Positions 62,901-64,000 of a stretch of DNA of 64,000 nt are shown here, one piece after another. A program made the translations under genes and the position numbers. The stretch is from Squalus acanthias (Eukaryota). The notes under the pieces were generated by a model. It saw only the letters and a program-made list of their open reading frames with translations. It made no database searches and had not been told where the DNA came from. Location of the stretch: assembly GCA_030390025.1 (NCBI GenBank), contig CM059446.1:20522001-20586000 (forward strand), in the 5' to 3' direction. The stretch's first letter is position 1. Each line of letters begins with the position of its first letter.

Positions 62901-63589
62901 GCTTCAACCGAGATAGTCCCTGTCTGAAGGATTCAATGCAGCAAAACATTGCAGACACAGCATGATGAGACTTGAAAAGAAAGAAAGTTTAAAGGAAAAA
63001 ATAAAAGTTTTCCAAAAAACATGTGCTGAACCATACAAAGTGATCATCAAGCTCCAATGAATAAACAAAAAAGGACTAGAAACAGTGCTGCCGACAATGG
63101 GGCAGAAGACTGAGGGAAGATCAATACAAAGTCAAATATAGCTCTGCAGCAAGTGAAACCATGCAAGTAAATTTTGCAGGGCTTGAAATCTTAAAGGGAG
63201 CTGTCCATTTGGAGAAATGGACAAGCCTGTCGGTACCTGGACGACTGATGAGTGAAGTAGTAATAAGTTCAAAGAAAATCTAAGGAGTTTATGTTGATTA
63301 GACACTGATTTGTACATACCTGGGAATAGGACAGGAACACTGCTCAAAGCATGGTCAGCCTCGAAAAGAACCCATTGCCAGAGGATAAATTTAATAAGTT
63401 TGGTTAAAATCTGGTAACAGGAAATAAGTGAAGTGAGTTAGAGCTATTTTATGAAATTATAGTAAATGAATAGGCCATCAGTGAAGAATCGAGTACCAGA
63501 TGAGATATATTTACAATGCACCCATCTGCTTTTGGTGATTGTATGGGAAGAAAAAACAGAATACAGTTTTAAATTAAATTGAGCATTAC

Positions 63590-63771
63590 CTGTGCTGCCT
63601 GAAGCATTTGCTGTTGCTGGAAATAGGCTTGTTGCTGGTGCAGCAAATAGTGTTGTTGAAGTAGATGTGCCTGTGGTTTCGGTTGCAGATGCTGCGGAGG
63701 CTGAGCTGGCTGAATTTGTGCTTGTTGACCATGTAACTGAGCAATGTGCCCACCACTTGCAGCTGCAGCTC
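63590..63771 (-). CDS. AAK1: AAK1 glutamine/proline-rich exon (GAAAASGGHIAQLHGQQAQIQP...QQQQMLQAAQ)
   Basis: CAG/GTAATG boundaries; 182 nt, phase 1 to 0, in frame with the 58.5 kb exon; kinase-domain exons lie beyond the right edge. Confidence 0.85.
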
Positions 63772-63876
63772 CTGTGCAAACCAAGAATTTCAAAATGTTA
63801 AATGTTCGGACGGTTATTTCCCCCGCAGATCTTTAATGAACTGCAAAAAATCTTTCCTCACTCAGCCTAAAAGTTG

Positions 63877-64000
63877 CCATGATGCGGAGATGCCGGTGTT
63901 GGACTGGGGTGGACAAAAGTGAGAAGTCGCACAACACCAGGTTATAGTCCAACAGCTTTATTTGAAATCGCAAGCTTTCGGAGCGCTGCTCCTTCGTCAG
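63877..64000 (-). mobile_element. Penelope-like terminus with hammerhead-like motif, cut by the window edge
   Basis: Minus strand CTGACGAAGGAGCAGCGCTCCGAAAGCTTGCG...; near-identical to 59877-59961. Confidence 0.75.

Noticed and set aside
61600-63100. Non-repetitive-looking stretch that might be a decayed LTR/DIRS element or hidden exon
   Set aside because: No recognisable motif, termini or phase-compatible splice pair found by eye; left unassigned
38790-63771. Calling the kinase gene BMP2K because it adjoins a PAQR3
   Set aside because: The [16 protein letters not shown] exon and LLVDQLIDL end are AAK1-type and NFU1 synteny agrees; the kinase domain is outside the window, so a phylogeny is still needed

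Overview
Eukaryotic, intron-rich, repeat-dense vertebrate DNA, almost certainly from a shark or other cartilaginous fish (Deu-domain SacSINE1-like SINEs, an HE1-like V-SINE, CR1, L2, RTE and Penelope-like elements). I assembled three genes by hand from splice sites and reading phase. (1) The 5' end of a probable NFU1 on the minus strand: two mitochondrial-presequence exons, with the rest beyond the left edge. (2) A complete six-coding-exon PAQR3-like gene on the plus strand (933 nt CDS, 310 aa), head-to-head with NFU1 across a CpG-rich region at ~10.1-10.7 kb. (3) The 3' half of AAK1 on the minus strand: Q-rich exons, the canonical ...LLVDQLIDL end, an alternative ~1.2 kb terminal exon, and a candidate 27-nt microexon. 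The main observation is that a diverged but intact PAQR3 copy lies between NFU1 and AAK1, whereas human PAQR3 lies next to BMP2K. This suggests a retained whole-genome-duplication paralogue. Other notable items are minimal hammerhead-ribozyme motifs in Penelope-like repeats, an inverted pair of young RTE copies next to an NFU1 exon, a SINE with a 5' inversion, a young CpG-rich MITE and a SINE-seeded 35-bp minisatellite. There is no CRISPR array or prokaryotic system, and most listed ORFs are repeat-derived or spurious. Homology calls rest on my recollection of family sequences, not database searches.
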